From Candidatus Brocadia sp. (GTDB taxonomy: Bacteria > Planctomycetota > Brocadiia > Brocadiales > Brocadiaceae): a DNA stretch of 32,000 nt. The notes beneath the pieces were generated by a model. It did not search any database, was not told the DNA's origin, and saw only the letters and a program-made list of their open reading frames with translations. The position numbers were made by a program, and so were the translations under genes. The DNA lies in contig CP091279.1 in NCBI GenBank assembly GCA_021650915.1, positions 1,890,001 to 1,922,000 on the forward strand. The letters are read 5' to 3'. Below are positions 9,202 through 17,719 of this stretch, piece by piece; within the stretch, counting starts at the first letter, position 1, and each line of letters opens with the position of its first letter.

Positions 9202-10413
9202 TCAGTTTTTCCCTCTCAGGGCGCGATCAATTTGCCGAATGGCCTGTTTGAGACGCAGCTCGTTCTCTACGATTGCCAACCTCAAATACCCCTCACCCTG
9301 TTCTCCGAAGGCCGCTCCCGGGGCAACCGCCACCTCGGCCTCGTTGATCAGTTTATAGGCAAAATCTACAGAACCCATCGACCGCCATTTTTCGGGAATG
9401 GGCGCCCATACAAACATCGATGCCTTTGGTTTTTTCACATTCCAGCCGATGCGATTCAGTCCGTCACACAGCACATCCCTTCTATCCTGGTAAATCTGAG
9501 CTTGCTCCCGCGTATATTTATTGCATTCCCGGAGTGCAATAATTGAGGCAATTTGCACCGGCTGAAAGATACCATAATCATAATATCCCTTAACTTTCGC
9601 CAGGGTACTTACAATCTCTTTGTTTCCAACGCAAAAGCCCAGCCTCCAGCCGGCCATATTAAAGGATTTGGACATGGTATTAAATTCCACACCCACCTCT
9701 TTCGCGCCTTTCACCTGCAAAAAGCTGGGTGGCTTATAACCATCAAATGCAATTCCACAGTAGGCAAAATCATGAACGATGATAATATTATGCTTCCTGG
9801 CAAACGGCACAATCTCTTCAAAGAAACTCAGTTCAACGGTGACCGCCGTAGGATTGTGCGGAAAATTTAAAATGATAATCTTGGGCAGAGGATTGAGATT
9901 TTTGGTTATGTTGATAAGATTTGGTAAAAACTGCTCATCGTCTGTAAGCGGAACACTCACGACATGAGCGCCGGCAAGATTGACCGCATGGATATGAATG
10001 GGAAAAGCGGGATTGGGAACCACCACCGTATCGCCCGTTTCCAGCAATCCTAAACAGAGATGCGATATCCCTTCCTTTGACCCAATGGTGCACACCACTT
10101 CATCAGGATCAAGAGGTACGGCAAATTGCCTTTCATAATATTTCGCAACCTCACGTCTGAGATTAAATAAGCCGTTGGCTGAAACCGTATACCGGTGATT
10201 CCTCGGATCCTGTACAGCTTCACATAATTTCTGAATGACCGGCTGTGGGGTAGGGTCATTCGGATTTCCCATGCCCAAATCAATGACATCGATATTATTC
10301 CTTCGTTTCTCATACTTTAATGCGTTTAATCGCCCGAACAGGTACGGAGGCAAATGTTTTACCCTTTGGGCAACGTTAATAACGAACTCTTCAGGCATGG
10401 TATCTTTTCTCAA
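9202..10413 (-). CDS. class I/II PLP-dependent aminotransferase (AlaC / aspartate / LL-DAP aminotransferase-like)
   Basis: 403 aa. LPPYLF...IDLGMGNPNDPTP, NFPHNPT and the PLP-lysine motif SKSFNMAGWRLG are present. Its stop lies 5 nt before the rnfC start. Confidence 0.85.
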   Translation of the reverse strand: MRKDTMPEEFVINVAQRVKHLPPYLFGRLNALKYEKRRNNIDVIDLGMGNPNDPTPQPVIQKLCEAVQDPRNHRYTVSANGLFNLRREVAKYYERQFAVPLDPDEVVCTIGSKEGISHLCLGLLETGDTVVVPNPAFPIHIHAVNLAGAHVVSVPLTDDEQFLPNLINITKNLNPLPKIIILNFPHNPTAVTVELSFFEEIVPFARKHNIIIVHDFAYCGIAFDGYKPPSFLQVKGAKEVGVEFNTMSKSFNMAGWRLGFCVGNKEIVSTLAKVKGYYDYGIFQPVQIASIIALRECNKYTREQAQIYQDRRDVLCDGLNRIGWNVKKPKASMFVWAPIPEKWRSMGSVDFAYKLINEAEVAVAPGAAFGEQGEGYLRLAIVENELRLKQAIRQIDRALRGKN

Positions 10414-10488
10414 GAATCAAATATTACAATTTATAAAAGAGCCTTCTTAATTTTCAGATCATCTCATGAAAAACAAACGTTTGAAAAT

Positions 10489-11457
10489 TTAATCATTACT
10501 TAAATTTTTCATGATCGATGCGCCTTCAACCAGGCTAATCAGCCAGGGGCCAATTCTCTCTTTGTATTGTTGATTTCTGACGATCTTTTCCAATTCTCCT
10601 TTGACGGACTTGAAACTCTTATTCGCCGGCGGTTTTCTGCCCGTAATTTTCATGATATGATAGCCATAGTCGGTTTTTATAATATTACTGAGTTCACCGA
10701 CCTTTAAATGCGCTACTTCTGCACCGATACCTTCTTTTGGACTAAAAGGCAGCATTTTTCCCTCCCGCGCAGCAGAAATACGGTCGGCTGATTCATTTTT
10801 TGCAAGGGTGGCAAAATCAGCGCCCGCTTGCAATTTTTTGAGCGTATCTTCAGCCTCGCGGCGGGTTCTGAATACGATCTGACTGGCCTCAATCTTCTCA
10901 CCATACTGTTGCTCATATGCCTTTTGCAAATCCTCGTCTGTAACGGTAATGGTCTTTTCCATAAGCCGTTCAGCCAGAAGTTCAACCTCCGCCTGCTTTT
11001 TCATCCGTACGGCCATCTTCTCCTCCAATTTTGCAAGGCTGGTGCCGGCTTTGGCTAATTCTTTTTCGAGATCTGCCCGGTCTTTTATCCGATACGTCCG
11101 CAGCAAACCTTCAATTTCATTATTGATGAGGACTTTTAACTTCTGCTCTACTTCTGCATCAGCGATCCTGACGCCCTCTTTTTCCGCCGACTGACGAATC
11201 AGCGTTCGGCGAATAAGCACATCCAATGCGTCCTCTCCATACGTATCAATTAATAAATTATAAAGCTCTTGCTTGGTAATCTTTTGACCATTGACCATAG
11301 CCACGATATTTTTATCGGTAATAATCTGCGGCTCACCCTTTGGTGATTTGTTAGCATTCGTTTCCGCAGCAGAGACCGTCTCGTCAAAAAAGACACCGCC
11401 TGAAAACATCAAGATAAAAAGAGGAACTATCAGAAGAATCTTCATATGCATAAACAT
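10489..11457 (-). CDS. secreted peptidyl-prolyl cis-trans isomerase (SurA N-terminal-like domain + parvulin domain)
   Basis: 322 aa. It has a signal peptide (MKILLIVPLFILMFSGG), a long helical chaperone-like middle and a parvulin signature (QIVF...GYHIMKITGRK). The start may be the internal Met at 11445. Confidence 0.8.
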   Translation of the reverse strand: MFMHMKILLIVPLFILMFSGGVFFDETVSAAETNANKSPKGEPQIITDKNIVAMVNGQKITKQELYNLLIDTYGEDALDVLIRRTLIRQSAEKEGVRIADAEVEQKLKVLINNEIEGLLRTYRIKDRADLEKELAKAGTSLAKLEEKMAVRMKKQAEVELLAERLMEKTITVTDEDLQKAYEQQYGEKIEASQIVFRTRREAEDTLKKLQAGADFATLAKNESADRISAAREGKMLPFSPKEGIGAEVAHLKVGELSNIIKTDYGYHIMKITGRKPPANKSFKSVKGELEKIVRNQQYKERIGPWLISLVEGASIMKNLSND

Positions 11458-11880
11458 TTCATAAAAAGGTAACTATTGAGCGCACTTTCGTTCACAACCA
11501 TTATGATTACACAAAAAATTGAGTTTGGATTATATCACAGGTAAAATTACAGTGTCAATATTTTTGTAACAGCCTGGCTCCTTGAAAACCGATACACACA
11601 ATGAGAATTTCTACAATACATGGCTCGCAGCAAGGGTGGTTTATCGCAGAACAACGTTCATGACAAAGTCCTGCACAAAATGCTGACCACAAGGGATTTG
11701 CGCCACCTTTTTCAAAGAGCTAAATCGCTACCATAAATTTTCAAAGGTGCTATGCTTTTCCCAAGCCCGTGCTTGGGCATGAGCCGTCATACCCAGCCAG
11801 AGAAGGATGTTGCTCTCCTTCTGTCACAATTGGGATTGACGCTTCCAGAACAACCGCCGCCTAAGGTTTACGCATCCGAC

Positions 11881-11907
11881 AGGTCGGTCTGTAGTGCCGA
11901 CCTTTTT
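11881..11907 (+). terminator. rho-independent terminator-like hairpin with no plus-strand gene upstream
   Basis: AGGTCGG (11881-11887) and CCGACCT (11897-11903) form a 7-bp stem with a 9-nt loop, followed by TTTT. The T run is on the plus strand only. Confidence 0.35.
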
Positions 11908-11969
11908 GCGTTACCCCTTGATTTTCCTGGTTCAGCCGGTTGCATACCCCTCGAATTGCGAAAGTCGGG

Positions 11970-13076
11970 TTAATTTAAATACCGGACTTCGCCATCGCCA
12001 CTTTCCCTAATGCCTTTGTGAATAATCAGTTTTTTCCCTTGAAATACTCCAGAATTATAAGCATTCTGGCACGTTCTGGAATACCTGGAAGACGCGCGGG
12101 TACGCCGGGGATTTCTTTGTTGATAATATTCTCTGAGCTGTGGGTCTCCCTTCCATACCAGTTTTTGGGATACATTTTCCCGTCCACTGTCTTCCAGTTT
12201 ATGATAAAAACCTTCCAAAAGACCATAGATAAACGTCCTTCGATGCCTGTTCCCGTTTATCATATTTTTTCCTTTGTACTCCTTCCATAATAGTTCCGAG
12301 ACGTTGAGGAGATAATGGTACACGTATTCTGCCATCTCGACATTTTCCGGTGCCCCATAAATTTCCAAAACCCGGCCGCGCCGGTTTCTGTGCTGGTCGT
12401 ATCCGAACGTCCAGATGACCTCTACGAAAAAATATTTGCATAGTATGGCGCTGACGGTGGATTTTGCCGGGTCTCTCCGGCCTATTTCACCGATTTGCTT
12501 ATGAAGGTAATTCCCTTTCGTTTGAGTATCCAGGAGCGACAGGTTGTATCTCAATAACAACTCATGCGCCTTGGTCATGGCAGTCTGTGCTTCGTGTTCG
12601 TTCGGACTCTGTGCCAAAGCCAGCAGTTTATGAACTTTATCCAGGATCTGGTGGTTTCCCGAGCTCACGGTACATCGGCTCCCGCGCTTTTCCATCCAGA
12701 CGTGAAGGTCACCAGTCGCCGTCGGATCGATTCCCTTTTCCTGGCAAACCCTCCTGAATGCCTCTCCGTGGGGAACTTCCTCGCAGATTCCCAATATCTC
12801 CTCTACGTACTGGTGCACCATTTCATGGTAAAGCACCTCCTGTACGTATTCCCACGAATACGTATTGATCAGAACGATGCTAATGGACAGGCGCCGGTGA
12901 CAACCACCTTTCCATCTCCCCAAGGTTACTCCTGAATGAGCCAGTTCATAGTTTGGGGGGCGCATGTCTTCATGAAAGTAAAGAAAATTCGCCGTCTTCC
13001 AGTCTTCATGCAATTGCCTGAGCCATGCGGTCTTTAGCTTGTCATTTATCGTAATCATGGGGTAAAAAAGACACAT
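11970..13076 (-). CDS. SprT-like zinc metalloprotease domain fused to a DUF2786-like domain
   Basis: 368 aa. It has an HExxH motif (LYHEMVHQYV) in a SprT-like N-terminus, and KVHKLLALAQSPNEHEAQTAMTKAHELLLRYNL, typical of DUF2786. GGGAG lies just upstream of the 13076 ATG; an alternative Met is at 13058. Confidence 0.7.
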   Translation of the reverse strand: MCLFYPMITINDKLKTAWLRQLHEDWKTANFLYFHEDMRPPNYELAHSGVTLGRWKGGCHRRLSISIVLINTYSWEYVQEVLYHEMVHQYVEEILGICEEVPHGEAFRRVCQEKGIDPTATGDLHVWMEKRGSRCTVSSGNHQILDKVHKLLALAQSPNEHEAQTAMTKAHELLLRYNLSLLDTQTKGNYLHKQIGEIGRRDPAKSTVSAILCKYFFVEVIWTFGYDQHRNRRGRVLEIYGAPENVEMAEYVYHYLLNVSELLWKEYKGKNMINGNRHRRTFIYGLLEGFYHKLEDSGRENVSQKLVWKGDPQLREYYQQRNPRRTRASSRYSRTCQNAYNSGVFQGKKLIIHKGIRESGDGEVRYLN

Positions 13077-13583
13077 TTCTCCCTGGCATTATCCAATCGT
13101 GGCTTTTTACCGGAAGAGATGAAGATGGCTGAAATGCCTGAATCTGAGGTTCAATCGGATCTGCACAAAAACCAACAACCAGAAAAAAGGGTGTTTCAAA
13201 CCTGCCTGCGCAATGCACAAAGGCAGGTGCGTAGAAAACCAGAACGGAAGTATAGCACAATAACCATGAGAAGGAAATAGAAAAGACGCCTGGTTACAAG
13301 CATGAGCCTGAGCATGAGCCTGAGCCTGACACCTGCCTGTGTTTCAACTTCAGGCATCATATTTCGGCGGTAACGCAATAACCACCGTATTGAAATCAAG
13401 TAAAATGTGATATAATCATGGTACAGTCAAAGCACGAAAACGAGGAACCAGAGATCACCTTTCAGGAGCACGCAAAGATCGTGGTTGATGCTGTAAAAAC
13501 CTGGTTTTATACCACTGGAATACGAATGATGCTTTTACGAGAAAAAGGAATAGCCTGAACGAGGAACAAACAGACAGAATAAA

Positions 13584-14516
13584 ATGACCAACCAGAATCT
13601 TATCGTCGGGAATCAAAAGAACCGGCACGGGCACTTAAAAATACTGAAATATGTGCTTTTATCCATGCGCCCCGAACAATGGATAAAAAACTTATTTGTC
13701 TTTGCAGCGCTGTTGTTTTCAAAAAACGTGCACAACCCTTCCAAAGTGATTGAAGCTCTTATCGGGTTTGCCATTTTTTGTATGATTACGGGTTGTACAT
13801 ACCTGGTTAACGACCTGATTGATCTTGAAAAAGACAGACGGCATCCGGTAAAATCTACGAGACCAATTGCTGCGGGCAAACTGAGGGAAAAAACCGTAAT
13901 ACTCGTAATTTTATTGCTTGGTTGCATCAGTTTCTTTTTTGCGTTTTCTATAAACAAAGTATTTGGAATCATCGTTCTTTGTTATTTCATCCTCAACGTA
14001 AATTACAGCCTGTATTTAAAAAATATCGTGATCATTGATGCCGCTGCGATTGCTGCAGGATTTGTATTACGGGTATGGGGTGGTGCGGTTATTATTTCTG
14101 TAACAGCTTCTGAATGGCTCTTCCTGTGCACCATTCTCTTATCATTATTTCTGGGATTTAGCAAGAGAAGGCACGAACTCGTCCTCTTAGCCGATAATGC
14201 AATCAGCCACAGAACGGTGCTTGAGCATTACAGCGCTTACTATTTGGACCAAATGATATCGGTAGTCGCAGCCTCGACCGTAATTTGTTACGCCTTATAT
14301 ACGATGTCAAAGACCACCGCCGAAAGCCTTGGTACCTCAAAGCTCATCTACACACTTCCCTTTGTGCTTTATGGTATCTTCCGATACCTTTATTTGGTGC
14401 ATCAAAAGGAAAAGGGAGGCAATCCTACCGATGTTATGCTGACGGATGGGCCAATGATCGTTAACGTTATTCTCTGGATTATTTCATCGTTTCTCTTTAT
14501 CTATCTTGTGCATTAG
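13584..14516 (+). CDS. UbiA-family prenyltransferase, decaprenyl-phosphate phosphoribosyltransferase-like
   Basis: 310-aa polytopic membrane protein. NDLIDLEKDRRHPVKSTRPIAAGKL closely resembles the Rv3806c-type NDxxDxxxD...RPIAAG motif. Confidence 0.8.
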   Translation: MTNQNLIVGNQKNRHGHLKILKYVLLSMRPEQWIKNLFVFAALLFSKNVHNPSKVIEALIGFAIFCMITGCTYLVNDLIDLEKDRRHPVKSTRPIAAGKLREKTVILVILLLGCISFFFAFSINKVFGIIVLCYFILNVNYSLYLKNIVIIDAAAIAAGFVLRVWGGAVIISVTASEWLFLCTILLSLFLGFSKRRHELVLLADNAISHRTVLEHYSAYYLDQMISVVAASTVICYALYTMSKTTAESLGTSKLIYTLPFVLYGIFRYLYLVHQKEKGGNPTDVMLTDGPMIVNVILWIISSFLFIYLVH

Positions 14517-15969
14517 AGCATTTATGAGACTGGAAAAGGCTTTCCTCTTTAACCCTCCCGTGGGACTTTATCAACGCGGGGAGGACCGGTGTCAGGCTGA
14601 AGTGGAAGGGAGTAGTGCAATATCCCTTCGCCCCCCCAACGACCTGGGATATGTGGCATCCATGCTGCGTCAAATAGGAGTGGCGCCCTTCATAGCAGAC
14701 TATCCCGCTGAGGGGAAATCGTGGGAACACTTCGAAAAAGATTTCCAGACAGTCCAGCCTGATTTTGTTGTAATGAGTATTACGACTCCAACCATCAACG
14801 ACGATATGAAGGCATTTTCCCTGATAAAGGCATGGAACACACGGATCCTTACCATTGCAAAGGGGGCTCACTTTTCAACCTGCAATAAAGACGATCTGAA
14901 AGAGGCTGTTTATGACCCGCTGGATGTCGCCATTTTCGGCGAGGCAGAAACCATCGTTAACAACCTGGTTTGTGCAAAACGACAAGGAACTGATTTAACC
15001 AGGGTCAGGGGGATTTTGTTCAGGGATAGCTGTGGGCGGATTATTCAAACAGCGCCGGAATCCTTCTGGACGGATCTCGACACAATACCATTTCCGGCAA
15101 GAGACCTGATGAAAAATAATCTTTATACAAGACCGGATACGGGAGAGCCACAGGCAACGATTCAGACTTCCCGGGGTTGCCCGTCTCAGTGCATTTTTTG
15201 CCTGTCACCTCTTATCTCCGGTGTAAATGTACGGGAAAGGTCGGTCGGCAACATTGTTGCGGAGCTGGAAGAGTGCGTATACCAGCACAACATCAGAAAC
15301 TTCTTCTTCCGTGCGGATACCTTTACGTTAAGGAAAAGCTCCGTCATTGAGTTGTGTCAGGAGATCATTCGGCGGAAACTTCCCATTGCCTGGGTTGCGA
15401 ATAGCCGCGTCAATACGATTGATGAGGAACGACTGTTATGGATGAAAAAGGCCGGGTGCTGGCTGGTAGCATTTGGCATTGAGTCGGGGAACGATGAAAT
15501 CCAAAGGCTGATTAAAAAGGGCACTACCCGCGCGCAGGCAATTGAGGCGGTGAGGATGTGTAAAAAGGCCGGGCTCAAAACGTATGGGTTTTATTTGATC
15601 GGATTCCCCTGGGAGACCCGTGAAATGATTATGGATACCCTGTATCTTGCCAGGGAACTCAGATGCACCTTTTCAGAAATTCATATTGCAATACCCTATG
15701 AGGGAACTGAACTCTACCGGATTGCCAGAGATTATGGGATTTTAAAGGAATCTGCCGTCGGTCACAATTATTTCTCCAATCCTGCCACAGATACCATGCA
15801 TGTTTCCAGAAAAGAACTTATCAACATGCGGAAGAAGGCACTACGTTCCCTTTACCTGAATCCAGGCTATATCACAAGGACCCTTATGCAGGTAAGAAGC
15901 TTCAAAGAAATGAGAAACTATACGCGATACGGGGTCCGTTTGGTGAAAAATCTGATAAGACATGAATAA
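14506..15969 (+). CDS. B12-binding domain-containing radical SAM protein (class B)
   Basis: 487 aa. The N-terminal B12-binding-like domain is followed by the CxxxCxxC cluster motif SRGCPSQCIFCLS. The start may be the Met at 14524 (MRLEKAF); either start overlaps or abuts the upstream stop. Confidence 0.85.
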   Translation: MCIRAFMRLEKAFLFNPPVGLYQRGEDRCQAEVEGSSAISLRPPNDLGYVASMLRQIGVAPFIADYPAEGKSWEHFEKDFQTVQPDFVVMSITTPTINDDMKAFSLIKAWNTRILTIAKGAHFSTCNKDDLKEAVYDPLDVAIFGEAETIVNNLVCAKRQGTDLTRVRGILFRDSCGRIIQTAPESFWTDLDTIPFPARDLMKNNLYTRPDTGEPQATIQTSRGCPSQCIFCLSPLISGVNVRERSVGNIVAELEECVYQHNIRNFFFRADTFTLRKSSVIELCQEIIRRKLPIAWVANSRVNTIDEERLLWMKKAGCWLVAFGIESGNDEIQRLIKKGTTRAQAIEAVRMCKKAGLKTYGFYLIGFPWETREMIMDTLYLARELRCTFSEIHIAIPYEGTELYRIARDYGILKESAVGHNYFSNPATDTMHVSRKELINMRKKALRSLYLNPGYITRTLMQVRSFKEMRNYTRYGVRLVKNLIRHE

Positions 15970-16186
15970 TGCTTCCTCACTTGCAAGCAAGAAGAGCACA
16001 GGGGGTTCCTTCGGGTGCGACTTCGCCGTACGAGGAATAGCAGGGACACTTTTCCCGCAATTGCTGTAATCTCTTTTCAGCTTGATCCGATATTGTTTTC
16101 AGGATAGACTGAGAATGCCTTTTTGGATGTTATGTAACAGGCTGCGCGGCCACATATTTATCAATACAATCGGAGGGTGTTGAATT

Positions 16187-17629
16187 ATGAAAATATTCAT
16201 CCTTGCCGGAGGAGGAGGAGAAAGACTTTGGCCTTTATCCAGAAATAATTTCCCGAAACAGTTTTTACATCTGAACGGGAGTATGTCCCTTTTACAGCAG
16301 ACCGTCGACCGGTTTCTGGGCGCTGTTTCTCCGGAGGACGTTATCGTCATAACAAACCACAACTACCAATTTCATGTTTCTTCCGCGCTGAATTCGCTGC
16401 CGGGTATGAATGGGTCTGGTTCCGGTGCGCACATGGTACTTGAGCCTTTGGGCAGGAACACCGCGCCCGCAATAGCGCTGGGGATGAACTATTGCAGAGA
16501 AAAGCTCGGATGCACGGAGGATGAAATCATCTTTTTATCCCCCTCCGACCACATCATAAAACCTCCGGAGGCATTTGCAGAGCAGGTGAAGCAGGCAGAA
16601 GAGATTGCAAAAAAGGGGTATCTGGTAACCTTTGGGATACGGCCGGATAAGCCGGAGACCGGCTTTGGATATTTAAAGTTTGGCGCTCAATTGTCAGGAA
16701 ATGGGACGCAGAAATTTTTTAAAGTAGAAAGATTTGCCGAAAAGCCCGACCGGGACACCGCAAAGCGCTATATCCGCGAAGGCAACTATTATTGGAATTC
16801 AGGCATGTTCGCCTTCCGGATACGCACCATGACGGAAGAACTTCAGCGCTATGCGCCTGAAATTATGAAACTCTATCATCTGGGGTATGAAGAGATGCTG
16901 TCTCAGTTTGAGCAGATGCCCAATATCTCAATTGATTATGCCGTCATGGAAAAATCAGACAAGGTCGCGGCGCTGCCATTTGAGTTATACTGGAACGATG
17001 TTGGCTCATGGGATTCTTTATTTGATATTCTTGACAAGGATGGAAATGGCAACGTGTTCCAGGGAGATGTTATGGCAATAGACACAAAAGACTCCTTTCT
17101 CGCGGGGAAAAAAAGACTCATTGCCGCCGTAGGCCTTGAAAACTGCCTTGTGGTGGAAACGGACGACGCCATCCTGATAGCAAAGAAGGGAGAGGCGCAA
17201 AAGGTAAAAGACATTGTAAAGAAACTCAAAGAACACGCGAGATCGGAGGCCGTTGAACACGTTACTACCTACCGGCCGTGGGGAAACTATACCGTGCTCG
17301 AAAATGGCCCGCGGTATAAAATCAAGCGCATCGTGGTAAACCCGAATGAAAAGCTCAGCCTGCAAATGCATTATCACCGGTCAGAACACTGGGTGGTGGT
17401 AAAAGGAAGCGCAAAGGTGACTACCGGAGGCAAGGAGAGCTTTATCCATGAAAACGAATCTGCCTATATCCCGAAATCAACGATGCACCGGCTTGAAAAC
17501 CCCGGCAAAATACCCCTTGAAATCATTGAGGTGCAAAATGGCGAATATCTTGGGGAAGACGACATTGTCAGGTTTGACGACGTCTATGGAAGAACCGGAG
17601 GAGACGGCAACCCTTCCCACCCTTCATGA
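16187..17629 (+). CDS. manC: mannose-1-phosphate guanylyltransferase / mannose-6-phosphate isomerase (bifunctional)
   Basis: 480 aa. The N-terminus is ILAGGGGERLWPLSR. The C-terminal cupin has RPWGNYTVL and QMHYHRSEHWVVVKG. GGAGGG lies upstream of the ATG. Confidence 0.9.
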   Translation: MKIFILAGGGGERLWPLSRNNFPKQFLHLNGSMSLLQQTVDRFLGAVSPEDVIVITNHNYQFHVSSALNSLPGMNGSGSGAHMVLEPLGRNTAPAIALGMNYCREKLGCTEDEIIFLSPSDHIIKPPEAFAEQVKQAEEIAKKGYLVTFGIRPDKPETGFGYLKFGAQLSGNGTQKFFKVERFAEKPDRDTAKRYIREGNYYWNSGMFAFRIRTMTEELQRYAPEIMKLYHLGYEEMLSQFEQMPNISIDYAVMEKSDKVAALPFELYWNDVGSWDSLFDILDKDGNGNVFQGDVMAIDTKDSFLAGKKRLIAAVGLENCLVVETDDAILIAKKGEAQKVKDIVKKLKEHARSEAVEHVTTYRPWGNYTVLENGPRYKIKRIVVNPNEKLSLQMHYHRSEHWVVVKGSAKVTTGGKESFIHENESAYIPKSTMHRLENPGKIPLEIIEVQNGEYLGEDDIVRFDDVYGRTGGDGNPSHPS

Positions 17630-17719
17630 TTTCATCCTGAGAATCCAGGAAATGGGTTTCCCTCCGAGTGTTCTTTATAACCTTACGGTAACGAACGATG
17701 AAATTGAATAGTAAGGAGA

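Noticed and set aside
11752-11973. 73-aa plus-strand ORF in the PPIase/SprT intergenic region
   Set aside because: It runs through three hairpins and a terminator-like structure and ends inside the convergent gene. The region is better explained as structured non-coding sequence.
13301-13324. Tandem duplication CATGAGCCTGAG x2 (plus a partial third unit)
   Set aside because: It has only two full 12-nt units in an intergenic region. That is too short to call a functional repeat or a variable-number locus.
13418-13558. 46-aa ORF (MVQSKHENEEPEITFQEHAKIVVDAVKTWFYTTGIRMMLLREKGIA) just upstream of the UbiA-family gene
   Set aside because: It is plausibly real: it is co-directional and ends 25 nt before the next start. 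However, it has no RBS and no recognisable family, and a TATAAT box immediately abuts the ATG. Evidence is insufficient to call it.
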